Source: Octopus sinensis (Eukaryota). From it: DNA of 64,000 bases. This document shows positions 1 through 12,464 of this stretch, in pieces; the stretch's first letter is position 1, and each line of letters begins with the position of its first letter. The translations under genes were made by a program, and so were the position numbers. A model generated the notes under the pieces. That model saw nothing but the letters and a program-made list of their open reading frames with translations. It ran no database searches and had not been told where the DNA came from. Location: positions 75,950,001 to 76,014,000 of the forward strand of contig NC_043007.1 of NCBI RefSeq assembly GCF_006345805.1, given 5' to 3'.

Positions 1-647
1 AACACACCTTCCCCGAAAATACTACCTTACATATCTACATACAACCCCAGAAACAAAGAAGCCTTCACCATCATCACCCAGAATTTACCAATACTTCATA
101 AAAACCCAAAATTAAAGGAAATTCTAAACATACACCAAATCATTAAAAGCTACAAACAGCCTAAATCACTTAAAAAGATTCTCACAAAGGCAAAATTGTC
201 TTCTAAAATTACGGATGCAAAAGTAAAAAAATGTGGTAGATCGAACTGTGCAACATGTCCTAACCTATTGGAAGGATCAGAATTCTTCTTTAAAGAGGGA
301 CAGAAATTAAGATCAAATCTAACTTTACTTGTGCCTCTGAAAACATAATTTATGTTATTAAATGCTCGGGCTGCCACCAAGACTACGTGGGTTCCACGGG
401 ACTATCACTCAGGCGCAGATGCACACTGCATCGACAACAGATTGCATTCCCAGAATATAGAATGATACCTTTTAGTGAGCACATTGAGAAATGCGCAAAG
501 CAACTACTGCCACAATTTTTAATCTTCCCATTTTACCAATGTGCTTTCGGATCATCAACACAAATGAGACTGAACAAGGAAACATTCTTCATTGAAAAGT
601 ACAAACCCAGACTCAACCATCCGAACATACTGACACAGAGAAATTAA
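1..647 (+). mobile_element. Penelope-like element (PLE), 3' part of ORF: linker and GIY-YIG endonuclease, one frameshift near 320-350
   Basis: Translation gives KSYKQPKSLKKILTKAK...KKCGRSNCATCPNL, then in another frame LKCSGCHQDYVGSTGLSLRRRCTLHRQQI...KETFFIEKYKPRLN. This is the CxxC linker, (Y)xC..C...YVG and R..EH/H pattern of PLE GIY-YIG domains. Stop TAA at 645-647. Confidence 0.9.
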
Positions 648-783
648 CAAGGAAAAGGGAAAAAAAATTTTTAAGCGATTATCTCCCCTACACCGGAAAA
701 AATCACTCACTACCTCCCCTTATTTAGAAATCTCCTGGAAATAAAAACAACGATAATTCCATGCAATATAAACATAACGTCAC

Positions 784-823
784 AAGAAATTTGAAAAGCT
801 ACACGCGAAACCGGTAATTTCTT
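784..823 (+). ncRNA. Minimal type I hammerhead ribozyme, U3-A8 core variant, in the PLE 3' terminal region
   Basis: AAGAAAT|TTGAAAA|GC-TACAC-GC|GAAA|CCGG|TA|ATTTCTT: perfect 7-bp stem I, 2-bp stem II, palindromic stem III (ACCGGT), GUA site with cleavage after 816. Confidence 0.8.
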
Positions 824-1006
824 TAAAAATTTTAAAATTATGTCATTTTAAGGAAAGGGAAAAAAAATTTTTCCAATATTCTCCAGACATTTTGACACAA
901 ATATATATATTTTTTAACATTTAAGCCTTCTGTCGTTTTTTCACACTTTACTATTTTCTTATATATTCACCCACGTGCTTTACCAAACAAACTTTCTTAT
1001 CTATAA

Positions 1007-1052
<46 letters not shown>

Positions 1053-1055
<3 letters not shown>

Positions 1056-1340
1056 TTGTGAGCTCGAATCCCGGACCGGGCTGCGTGTTGTGTTCTTGAG
1101 CAAAGCACTTTATTTCACGTTGCTCCAGTTCACTCAGCTGTAGAAATGAGTTGCGACGTCACTGGTGCCAAGCTGTATCGACCTTTGTCTTTCCCTTGGA
1201 TAACACTGGTGGCGTGGAGAGGGGAGGCTGGTATGCATGGGCGACTGCTGGTCTTCCATAAACAACCTTGCCCGGACTTGTGTCTAGGAGGGTAACTTTC
1301 TAGGTGCAATCCCATGGTCATTCATGACCGAAAGGGGTCT
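1053..1340 (+). mobile_element. 5'-truncated tRNA-derived SINE with CORE-like segment
   Basis: Starts at a B-box-like GAGCTCGAATCCC followed by GTGTTCTTGAGCAAAGCACTTTATTTCAC; flanked by (TA)n. Confidence 0.65.
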
Positions 1341-2454
1341 TTTTATATATATATATATATATATATATACATACATACACACAGACACACAGACACACAT
1401 TCACATGCAAATAAATATAAGTTACTGAAATACCAGCTTGCTAGAAATAGGAGTCAACACACCAAAACAACAAACTAAGAAACATTTACTCACTTTATGT
1501 TTGTTTTTGAATGTTGCGGGTCATTCAAGTAAATGGTGTAATGAAATGAGTACAGTAATCTGTCGCCATATCGTGGTTCACCCATCACGGTTTATTATTT
1601 AAGATCATGTCAATTCTTCTGTGATGATGTTTTGCATTTATAATAAAATAATTATATGTAAATTATAAAAACAAACAAAAAAATATACAGTACTGTTTCT
1701 ACTTCATGGATTTTCACCTATCATTGGTGTTTTTGGAACATAATACCTGCATTAGTCAGTATTATTGAAAAATAGATGAATACAGTAAGCTTGGCTGATG
1801 ATCCAAAAGGTGAAATGAATTGATTGTAAAATGTCTGTTCTTGCTTTGTGGTCTATGCAAAGGTAAGGCTTGTTCTATTATGTGGCAGTTTTTGCTTTGT
1901 CTTTTGCTTGTTCTTTTATGGATGTTTTTGCTTTGTTTAGAAGAGGGGAAAACATTTTTGTTTTTGTTTTTTTGAGAAAAGGAGAAAAAATACAGAGAGG
2001 GAAAAGAGAGAAAGAGGAAGAGAGAGAGAGATACAGAGATAGAGAAGTTTCTTTTTAATTATATTGTTTATTTTGGAGGCAAGAAAAAAAGAAGAAGAAA
2101 TCACGTTTTAAACATTGGAACTACATTCAGAACTAACAGTAACAGTGTAATATAAATGTTTCCTCTTCATCCATCATCATTACTATTAATAAAGCAATAA
2201 TGAAATGACTATAATGAAGTTCTCTTGATGAACACCAACACCATTTAGCATACAGTGATGTCACCTTACATGTAATGTGAGTATTGTTAGATATCAATAC
2301 AGCATTCATTGGAGCATTCATTTGCATTATTTTCCCAGCCAGCTGGGCACAGTGTCTGTGTGAGCTACCCATGTGGTGTTCATAATTTGTTTTATCTGAA
2401 GGGGTGGTCATGAATATTGTCTCTGTTTCTCTTCCCAATCGTTTTGACAAAATG

Positions 2455-2925
2455 CAGTACCTCTGCTTCTTGTTCGAACATTTAATTATGGAAAGAATTG
2501 TTTGATGAAGAGTAGCTCCATTGCTTTTTGGAACTTTGGGTCATCTCTTGAACTGTTTTGTAAAAGGGGAAGATTTTGAATTTTCCTTCACCACACATTT
2601 CTAGATATTTGCTCAGTGGAATCTTGTGTAGTTCCTCTTGGATGTGTTGACTGTGGGTTCTTGCACAGGAATTGTTTGTTTCGCCAATATAATTCTCCTT
2701 GCTGCTGGGGCAAGTAATGCAGTATATGAGATTCTGTGTCTTGCAGTTCATATCTGAATTTACTTTGAACAAGAATCTACTCTTGAATTTTTTGTGGGAA
2801 CCACTTTCTATATATTTGAAGCTATTGTTGCACGTTCCACATTCCTTTATGGAGAATTCTGATTCATTCTCTAATGTGAATTTTACCCTTGTGAAGTGTT
2901 TTTTGAGATATTTTGGCTGGCGTCT
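2455..2925 (-). mobile_element. Second PLE remnant (GIY-YIG)
   Basis: Minus strand reads RQPKYLKKHFTRVKF...ECGTCNN...FKVNSDMNCKTQNLIYCITCPSSKENYIGET...FKIFPFY. Confidence 0.88.
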
Positions 2926-3135
2926 ACATCACCATCATCATCATCATTTAATGTCCATTTTCCATACTGGGAATGGTTGGGTAGCTTGACAGGAGCTGTT
3001 AAGGTCAGGGGCTGCACTGTGTTCCACAGTTGGTTTTGGCTTGGCTTCTACAGCTGGATGCCCTTTGTAACACCATTTTACAGAGTGTACTGGCTGTGTT
3101 TTTTTATGTTGTCATCATCAGTGCTTTTTATGTGG
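2926..3135 (-). mobile_element. RTE-LINE 3' tail fragment, older subfamily
   Basis: (CAT)n followed by TTTAATGTCCATTTTCCA...CAGCTGGATGCCC, a diverged version of the tail attached to the RTE ORF at 53640-54123. Confidence 0.65.
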
Positions 3136-3258
3136 CACTTTGGTTTTAGGATATGTATGTGTGCGTGTGTATGTGTATGCATACACACATACATACACAC
3201 AAATTTATATATATATATAAGAGAAGATAAATAAAGTGCTTTCATTTTTTTTCCCCAG

Positions 3259-3348
3259 ATAAAAATCTATTTGATTTTGACTGTTTTATCAGCTTCACTG
3301 TTTGCAATTGGTGGAATAACTGCTTTTGTTATGATTAGTTTATTTGCG
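3259..3348 (+). CDS. Gene A (MS4A/CD20-like) internal exon, TM3: IKIYLILTVLSASLFAIGGITAFVMISLFA
   Basis: Acceptor tttttttccccAG, donor GCG|GTAAGT, 90 nt, phase 0-0, hydrophobic. Same length and position as gene B exon 49649-49560. Confidence 0.88.
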
Positions 3349-3387
3349 GTAAGTACACCTGTTCTTGAATTGTTCTGTTGAAGATTT

Positions 3388-3870
3388 CATCATCATCATC
3401 ATCATCATCGTCGTTTAACGTCCGTTCTCCATGCTAGCATGGGTTGGACGGTTCGACCGGGGTTCTGGGAAGCCAGAAGGCTGCACCAGGCTCCAGTCTA
3501 ATTTGGCAATGTTTCTACAGCTGGATGCCCTTCCTAACGCCAACCACTCCGTGAGTGTAGTGGGTGCTTTTTACGTGCCACCTGCACAGGTGCCAGGCGG
3601 GGCTGGCAACGGCCACGGTCAGATTGGTGTATTTTATGTGCCACCGGCACGGAAGCCAGACGGGCGGTGCTGGCATCGGCCACGAGTTGGATAGTGCTTT
3701 TTACGTACCACCAGACCAGGGATCCTGGCTGGTTCAATTCGATTTCGATTTCGCTTGCCCCAACATGTCTTCACAAGCAAAGGGGGTTGGCAAGGGTGCC
3801 TGTCGTACGGTCGCATTGGAGTATTTTACGTGCCACGGCCACGAGTCGGATAGTGCTTTTTACGTACCAT
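3388..3870 (-). mobile_element. RTE-LINE 3'UTR and (GAT)n tail
   Basis: (CAT)n-CGTTTAACGTCCG...CATGCTAGCATGGGTTGGACGG...GGATGCCCTTCCTAACGCC is the reverse complement of the RTE tail at 53900-54123. Confidence 0.85.
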
Positions 3871-4164
3871 TTCTATTAATGAAAGTTAACTATTTTGTTT
3901 TTATGATGGAAAAATATCAAAATAAAGCTCATTTGCTTCCTGTTAGTCAAAATTCAAAGCATACGACTAATTGACTTATTCTACTAAATTAATTTGTTTT
4001 GGAAAATCAGTTTTTCTTTATGTGAGCCACATTGTTAAAGCTGTAGTTCTATAAAGGAAAACCTTCAATTTTTTGCTTTTTGGATGAGAGAGAAGGGGAG
4101 TGGGAGAGAAAGAAAGAGAGAAAGAACGATAGAGAGAGAGAGAGAGACAGACAGATGGACAGAC

Positions 4165-4395
4165 AAGGTGGCGAAGTAGCAGAAACATTAGCATGCCGGG
4201 TAAAATGCTTAGTGGTATTTCGTCTGCCGCTACATTCTGAGTTCAAATTTCACCGAGGTCGACTTTGCCTTTCATCCTTTCGGGGTCGATTAAATAAGTA
4301 CCAGTTACGTACTGGGGTCGATATAATCGACTTAATCCGTTTGTCTGTCCTTGATTGTCCCCTCTATGTTTAGCCCCTTGTGGGCAGTAAAGAAA
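4165..4395 (+). mobile_element. tRNA-derived SINE with Deu/Nin-like central domain
   Basis: B-box-like GAGTTCAAAT followed by GAGGTCGACTTTGCCTTTCATCCTTTCGGGGTCGAT..AAATAAGTACCAG. Domain assignment is from recalled consensus. Confidence 0.6.
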
Positions 4396-4739
4396 TAAGA
4401 TGGATAGACAGAAAGAGACAGACAGAAGGAGACCGAGAGAGAGTTTTGTTATTGACATAAAATCCTACCATTGCAAAGATGATGTTAGAAACTGTGGAAA
4501 TCATACCTATTTTAAAGAAAATATAGACTTGAAGAAGGATTTCTATAGACACGAAGAAGGGTTTCTATGAGGAAATGGAACCAAGTTCTGAAGTCAATTC
4601 ACTTGGCACTTACGGTACTCACAACTATAATAAACATGATAATAAATTTATAACTGTGATGAACAATTAATGTACAGATTAAAAATATCTGGATCAGAAA
4701 TTATTAATGAAAGTTGGGGGTTGTATCAAATTATTTAAA

Positions 4740-4780
4740 ACTAGCATTATGACCCGGTGTTGCTGGGTCGTAGTGCTAGT
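4740..4780. repeat. 41-bp palindrome resembling two overlapping Helitron 3' ends
   Basis: ACTAGCATTATGACCC-GGTGTTGCT-GGGTCGTAGTGCTAGT: 16-bp arms with 2 G-T pairs; both strands end hairpin..CTAG|T. Confidence 0.6.
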
Positions 4781-5723
4781 TTGGTATAAATTTGTTAAAT
4801 TAAAAATTTGGAGTAATAAAACATACAATGACATATTAAAAAGATGAATTAAAATTCCAGAGAAAAATACATAGAAGATAAATATACAAATTTACAAAAA
4901 TACATAAAAGTTAATCTACGGGCTGTTTCGGAGATGTGCCAATTAATATGAAACATCATATATTTAAAATTGACACTCCCTTTGTCAGGATGTTTTTTAC
5001 ACACAACACATAGTACACGGAAACAAATGCACAATTACATACCAGCTACATGCGAAAGACCAGACATTACGAACTCCCCAAAATTCTCATAGATACTGAA
5101 TGCTACTTTATAAGCATATAATTCAATCTAGCAGCTATAGTAAATGGTATGCGCACAGCTCCATCTGGACTAATTCACTTCTGCACTCAATTAAATTTTT
5201 AATCTTTTAATTTCTCCCATTCATGCAAAGCCACATATTTGAGTTCAAGTCCTTGATACATTTTATTCTAATTGCTATTTTTTCTTTTAATTGTTATATT
5301 ACGATTTAATTAGCATACTTTAGTTTTATTTTAACTACTACTTACTATATTTACTATATTTAATTCAATTGCTATTATTACCTTTAACTTTTATTGCTAT
5401 TTTTATTTCTAAATTTCTTATGGAACGTCGAGTGGATCTTATGCGTACAATATATTTTTATATGATGTTTATATATTTATATATTACTATATATTTCTAA
5501 ACGTTGGGCTTTATATCTGTTCTGTAGATATAAATGAATATATGAATATATGTTTGTGTTTGATCTTTCTGTGGATTTTGCTGTGCTCTTGTAGTTGCTG
5601 CTCGCATTGCCTCCCCTCGGATTAAAAAGTGTATACAGCTCATTTGAGCACTACTATTCCAGTCTGTTATATATTTTAAGCATTGTTGTCACTAACGATC
5701 TCAAGATATAACTTTATATTTTG

Positions 5724-5762
<39 letters not shown>

Positions 5763-6584
5763 CATCCATATACATACAATAGAGAGATGTTTTTGTTTCA
5801 CTTTTAACACATAATACTGAAATAGTGGAGAAAATATGATATTGCTGTGGGCTCGCCCTAGGCAAGAAGTTGAACATTTATTTTTACTCATAAAACTACA
5901 TGGACCCAAAGTAAGGCATGTGTAAAATTTGAATGAAATTGGTTGTGTAGTTCTCAAGTTTTAGGGAAACACACAGACAGCAAGACAGACACACATTCTC
6001 AGTTTTACATATATATAGATATTATTGATTTTTATTGATGGAAAACATTTGTAGATTGTTAAACTAATTTTTGATTTTCTTCAAACTTTTTCATATTTTT
6101 CTTTTATTCAGTTAAATTTTAGGGCCCTTGTACTTGTGTCCAGGCAGAGAGTGAAGGAACACACCATTATTGCTCACATATACATAGTACCTGTTGCTGA
6201 CAAAATAAATGATAAATTACAAAACTCATCAAACACTTTTTAATTAGCATTAACATTAACTAACATAAAACACAATGTGGGTACTTCAAAAATTAATTTT
6301 AGATATTTGTAATTATGATTTTATTGTTTGGCTGAAATAGTGAGAAGAGATAATCATTTGATGTTGCAGAACAGTAATAGAATCATTAATAATTGGATAT
6401 TATTATTTCACTTTTTCAATAGTTTCTCTAATAGAAATTCGACAGTTAGAATTGCATGTGTGCATTTTATAAACTTCTCTGTAATAATTTCTATAAAAAT
6501 TTTCTTTCCTGAAATTTTCTCTGAGAAACACTGTAATGTTCATATGAATTTATATACAAGCTGTTGGATGTAGAAATGGTAAAA

Positions 6585-6790
6585 TGTCTTACAAAACAGG
6601 TTGTGGTATTTGGTTACATTCCTTTAGATTCTGAGTTTAAATCCTTCCTTCAGTCAACAACTTTGTTTTTCATCCATCTGAGGCTGATAGAATTACAACT
6701 AGTAAAAGTTATTTAGGTTGATATAATCAGCTAAATCCTTGAAGGTGGCACCCCAGTATGGCCACATTCAAATTAATGAAACTAGTGAGA
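6585..6790 (+). mobile_element. Degenerate SINE of the 4165-type family with a CR1-like 3' tail
   Basis: TTCTGAGTTTAAATCC, CTTTGTTTTTCATCC and tail GGTGGCACCCCAGTATGGCCACA..TGAAACTAG. Confidence 0.55.
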
Positions 6791-6959
6791 CAATAAAAGA
6801 CTACATAAAAACCACTTTAATACTACTGAGAAATCCTTAAAAGCGAAGCACTAATTTGCAAGATTAATTTCAGTAATACTAGAAAAGTATGGAAAGTACA
6901 AGCAAGATTATCATGTGTGACTTTCTTTCTCATTCACATGCTCTTTTTGTCTTTTTTAG

Positions 6960-7079
6960 ACTGATTCTACCAACGATTTTATGAGTATTTTGTTTTTCTT
7001 TGGAGTATTTTTAATGGTTCTGGAATTTATTTTCGCTATTATTTCTTCAAGCATTTGTTGCTGCTGTTCAGGAATAAAG
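6960..7079 (+). CDS. Gene A exon, TM4 plus Cys cluster: TDSTNDFMSILFFFGVFLMVLEFIFAIISSSICCCCSGIK
   Basis: Acceptor ctttttgtcttttttAG, donor AAG|GTAAGA, 120 nt, phase 0-0. Shares EFIxAIxSSSICCCCSG with gene B exon 48089-47970. Confidence 0.92.
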
Positions 7080-7174
7080 GTAAGAGCAGTTTTTTCCTTT
7101 ACTTGATAATTATTTTTGCATTGCAAGACAAAAGCAACTGTCACACTGTTTATGCCATCTTAGATGGCATAAAC

Positions 7175-7625
7175 TCCTTTCAATCTTCTCAAGTGGTGAA
7201 ATGATTAAAGAAAACACTTTTTTATGGAAGATGAGGCTCCTTGTCACACAGCTAAAATGACCCAAGATTTGTTGGAAGAAAATGGAATTAAAAAGCTTCC
7301 ATGGCCAAGCCAGTCACCAGATATGAACCCTATTGAACACCTCTGGGACATAATGGACAGGACACTTCATAAAAAGAACAAGAAAGCATCTTCAAAGCCA
7401 GATCACTTGAGATTACTGCATGAAACTTGGCAAGAAATTCCTCAGGAAAATATTTGGCATCTGAACTTTAATATGCTTAATAGGGTCTTTGAATTGAAAA
7501 ATGCAAAGTATATGTCTACTAAATATTAAATATTTACATTATAACAATTAATAAGTAATCTTAATGCATAATTTCAGATTTAAAAAAATTTTAATGATTA
7601 TAAGGGTGTCTTACTTCTGTCATGT
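7175..7625 (+). mobile_element. Tc1/mariner transposon 3' fragment
   Basis: ORF 7224-7529 has EDEAPCHTAK...WPSQSPDMNPIEHLW, the Tc1 DD34E C-terminal signature. Probable right TIR near 7604-7625. Confidence 0.88.
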
Positions 7626-7969
7626 GTGTGTATGTGTGTGTGTGTGTTTACGTGTGTATGTGTGTGTGTGTGTGTGTGTGTAGATAGATACTTCTAATAT
7701 AGCATAAAATTTTTTTCAAAAATTTCATCAAGTGGCCAGGATACTAAAATACCTCTTAAGGTGAAAATTATAAACAATTATAAATAAGGGCAAACGAAAA
7801 AAAATTTCAATGCCAATCTGAAAGCAAGCTAATGGAATTTTTTTTAATGCTTTCCTCGATTTCAACAGAATGTTAATTATAGTGATGTATATTGTATGTG
7901 GTGATTGACAATTTAAAGTCTATTTCTCAGCATATTGACATAGAAATTTCTTTTTCTTTTACCTTTATT

Positions 7970-7978
<9 letters not shown>

Positions 7979-8019
<41 letters not shown>

Positions 8020-8051
8020 TAGATAGATAGATAGATAGGTAGGTAGGTAGG

Positions 8052-8124
<73 letters not shown>

Positions 8125-8160
8125 TGATAGACAGATAGATAGATAGATAAAGATGGATAT
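7979..8160. repeat. Compound microsatellite (TA)n(GATA)n(GGTA)n
   Basis: Directly visible. Confidence 0.95.
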
Positions 8161-8171
8161 AGCTGGTCTAT

Positions 8172-8233
8172 GGGGGTTACCCTAGGTTTCATATCCATAA
8201 AGTGCTTAACTTTAGAGCATTTCTTCAGACCCT
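8172..8233 (-). ncRNA. Partly decayed type I HHR motif inside a foldback (8140-8335)
   Basis: Minus strand GGGT|CTGAAGA|A...TAAAG-7nt-CTTTA...T|GAAA|CCTAGGG|TA|ACCC: 4-bp stem I, CCTAGG palindrome in stem III, stem II imperfect. Confidence 0.55.
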
Positions 8234-8917
8234 AGGCAAGTGGCCTCTCACTAGCTAGAGATGCCAAGCTAAGTACTTTATGGATGTGAAAACCAGGGTA
8301 ACTCCATAGACTAGCCATATCTATCTTTATCTATTTATTATTCTATAACTTAGAACCTGCTTCTTTTTCAGATTTATGATTTACTGAGGAGATATTTCTA
8401 TCTGTCTCTTTCTCCCTCCTCTTCCCCCCTCTCTCTCTCTCGTTGCTCATACATGACCATCATCCATCTTTCTTTTCCTCACGCGATCATCATACTTTTC
8501 CTGCACAGATGTTCAAAAGAGTGGACGTGATTTTTTTCTCCCTCTTCTATCTTTCTTCTTTTCAAAAAAAGTGTTTCTTCTTGTGTTCACTATTTTCCTC
8601 TAATTCTGGTCTAATGTTGCTCCATGTTTGTTTTCATTCGGCTTCCTTGTATGTCTCCACTGTCATGATTTTGTTCCCAACTTTAACACTCCATAAATCC
8701 TACATTTTATTTTAGAATTTATGGGAGCAACTGTTTTGAAGACTCCTATTGTTGTAGAATGCTTGAAATGAGGAGTAGATAAACAGCTAATAACTGATGA
8801 ATGGTCTTTTCACAGTGGTTATTTGTCCTGTTTTCCATTTCTTCTCCTTGTTTACATATTTCATGTTATTTGCACCATTGGTGACGTCCTGTACCCATAT
8901 ATGCATGTATATATATA

Positions 8918-8949
<32 letters not shown>

Positions 8950-8956
8950 CACACAC

Positions 8957-11625
8957 AAATAGAAGAAGTTCTAACCACATTAGAACAACACATAAGTGTA
9001 CTTCTCATGGGAGACTTCAATCTACCGAATGTCAGATGGCCCGAGGGGCTTTCTCTCCCAGGAATGACAAGATGTGAACGAGGACAGGCGAGGTCCCTCC
9101 TGAACCTCACCAACACCCTGTACATGGAGCAAGTAATACTCCAACCAACCAGAGCAGGTAACACACTGGATCTCTGCTTCACAAATAATATGGATCTCAT
9201 CCATAATGTGAAAGTGACACCGACACTACTCTCGGATCACAACATGGTAGAGCTGACCATGTACGGGCCAAAAGAGAGCACGGACATGCAGCCTACAAGA
9301 AACCCTCAGAATCTTTCCAGCTTGAACTTCAATAAGGCAAACTGGAAACAAATTGAGAAAGAGATCCTCAAACAAAACTGGCCTGAATGTCTCTCCTCGC
9401 CGGACATCGACATGATACTTCAACAATTCATGTCTGTAATGCAAGCCATATGCTACAAATGTGTCCCAGAGAGAAAGGCCACTGTACACAAGAACAAAAT
9501 CCCCAGAGAGAGGAAAATTTTAATGAGACGGCGTACAAAAATTTCAAATCGCCTAAACAAACAAATTGAAAGCAGTGAAAAGTCCCGCCTGAAAATAAAC
9601 TGTTGGAAATTGAAAATTGTCTGCAACTCTCCATGAGAAGGAAAGAGCAGACAAAGAAGCCTGGGCTATAGACAACATAAAAACTAACCCCAGAGCTTTC
9701 TACAGGTATGCCAAAGAAACAGCTACGGTGCACTGTAGGATAGGGCCACTCCTTGAAAAGGATGGCACACTCACAGGAAACCAATGAGGGTAAGTGATAT
9801 ACTGAATGAACAATTCAAGTGTTTTCACTCCACCCCTTGGGCATTTCCAAATCAGCAATCCAACTGACTTCTTTACCACTGCAGATATAGAATCAGAGGC
9901 GGCGACGATAAATTACATCGATATAAAGGAAGACGATGTAATAAAGGCTATAGATGAAATGAAAACAGACTCAGCTATTGGCCCCAATGGATTCCCGGCA
10001 ATCCTCCTAAAAGTATGTAAGAGAGTCTTAGCAAGACCACTGCAGTTCCTCTTTCAGAGCTTCCTTGCAGCTGGCAAACTTCCAAGAAAACTGAAGGAAG
10101 GTAAAATATGCCCTATTCATAAAGGAGGTAGCAGAGCGGAGACCAAGAACTACAGACCTATCTCTCTGACCTCACACATCAGCAAGGTCATGGAACGAAT
10201 AGTCAGAAGGAAACTAATCACCTTCCTTGAAGAAAATAACTTGCTGCCTGACACCCAACATGGTTTCCGACCAGGAAGAAGCTGCTTAACTCAGCTCCTG
10301 CAGCACTATGACTGGGTGCTGAAACAACTGCTCAACCACTCAAATGTGGAAGTCATATATCTCGACTTCGCAAAGGCCTTCGATAAAGTCGATCATGGAA
10401 TGATATGTCACAAACTGCGTGATCTTGGCATAGTTGGAAAACTAGGAGAATGGCTTCACGACTTTCTGAAGAATAGAAGTCAGGTGGTAGTAGCCAATGG
10501 GGCCACTTCCATTAGCACGCAAATAGTGAGCGGTGTTCCACAGGGCACTGTTTTGGGACCACTACTGTTCATAATGGCCCTCTCAGACATGCCCTCAGCC
10601 ACGCGGAGAGCCACGATCACAAGTTATGCAGATGATACAAAAGTTTCACAGGCAATACAGAACCCTGAAGACACTAAGCACCTGCAATATGAGCTGGACG
10701 AAATATACAAGTGGGCTGAAAAGAATAGCATGCAGTTCAATGCTGAAAAGTTTCAAGCTTTATACTATCAGCATGTAAAACTGAATGCAATACCCAAGGA
10801 ATACACTGGACCCGGAGGGATTGCAATCCCAGAGGCACAATCAGTGCGTGACCTGGGTATTCACATGAGTGATGACGCGACCTTTCATGTACATGTTGCT
10901 AAACTGACAATGAAATGCAGGCGGCTGGCTGGATGGATTCTTAGAACCTTTAGAACAAGAGAACAAGAAACCATGATGGTCCTCTGGAAGACACTTGCCC
11001 TAAGCCACTTTGACTATTGCTCTCAGCTATGGTCACCATCCAGTGTCAAGTTGATCACAGAACTTGAGGCGATCCAACGAAGCTACACGAAGAAGATAGC
11101 CTCTATGCAGAATGTAAGCTACTGGGAAAGACTCAAGAGATTAAAATTATATTCCCTGGAGAGTAGGCGGGAAAGATATGCCATAATATACATCTGGAAG
11201 ATCCTGGAGGGAAGTGTCCCGAACTTTGGCATCGAGAGTAACGCAAATGCCAGAACTGGGCGCCACTGCATGGTGCCTAGGACTCCAAACTTGCCATCAA
11301 GATGTAGGACAAGATTCTGTGATAGCCTGGGCTTCCGAGGCCCACAGCTCTTCAATATCCTCCCAAAGAACCTGAGAGACCTGCATGGGGTGGATACAGA
11401 TGTCTTTAAAATGGAGCTGGATCTCTTCCTGTCAGGTGTCCCAGATGAACCAACTTCATGGCAGGAGGGGCAGATGAGGGCAGCTGCATCGAACTCTCTC
11501 ATGCACCAAATAGCAGTTGCTAGAAAGCCTCCATGAAGTGAAACCAAGTAGCAACACCAAATGGCGGTGCCCCAGCATGGCCACAGCTCATAAGGTGAAA
11601 CTAGAATCAATCAATCAATCAATCA
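8957..11625 (+). mobile_element. CR1-like LINE, 5'-truncated ORF2 (APE end plus RT), frameshifted, (ATCA)n tail
   Basis: MGDFNLP, NTLDLCF and SDHN (APE); YRPISLTS, QHGFRPGRSC, YLDFAKAFD, GVPQGTVLGP, YADD; CR1-type C-terminus LYSLESRRER/GPQLFN. ORFs 8797-9636 and 9806-11536. Confidence 0.93.
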
Positions 11626-11635
11626 TATATATATA

Positions 11636-12425
<790 letters not shown>

Positions 12426-12464
12426 CCCCCCTATATATATATATATATATACATATATATTATA

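Noticed and set aside
1795-1835. CTGATGATCCAAAAGGTGAAATGAATT as an HHR
   Set aside because: Stem I cannot form and stem III/N17 are non-canonical; at best a dead relic.
650-3258. Search for gene A exons 1-2
   Set aside because: No segment with proper splice sites and TM1/TM2-like translation was found; they probably lie upstream of the window.
4450-4570. Open frame IDIKSYHCKDDVRNCGNHTYF... as an extra loop exon of gene A
   Set aside because: No polypyrimidine acceptor or convincing donor; exons 3259-3348 and 6960-7079 already join in frame and match gene B.
7148-7174. 27-bp perfect palindrome GTTTATGCCATCT-T-AGATGGCATAAAC
   Set aside because: Real but short, at the broken edge of the Tc1 fragment; no function can be supported.
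8794-8830. CTGATGA at 8794
   Set aside because: No downstream GAAA or stems.
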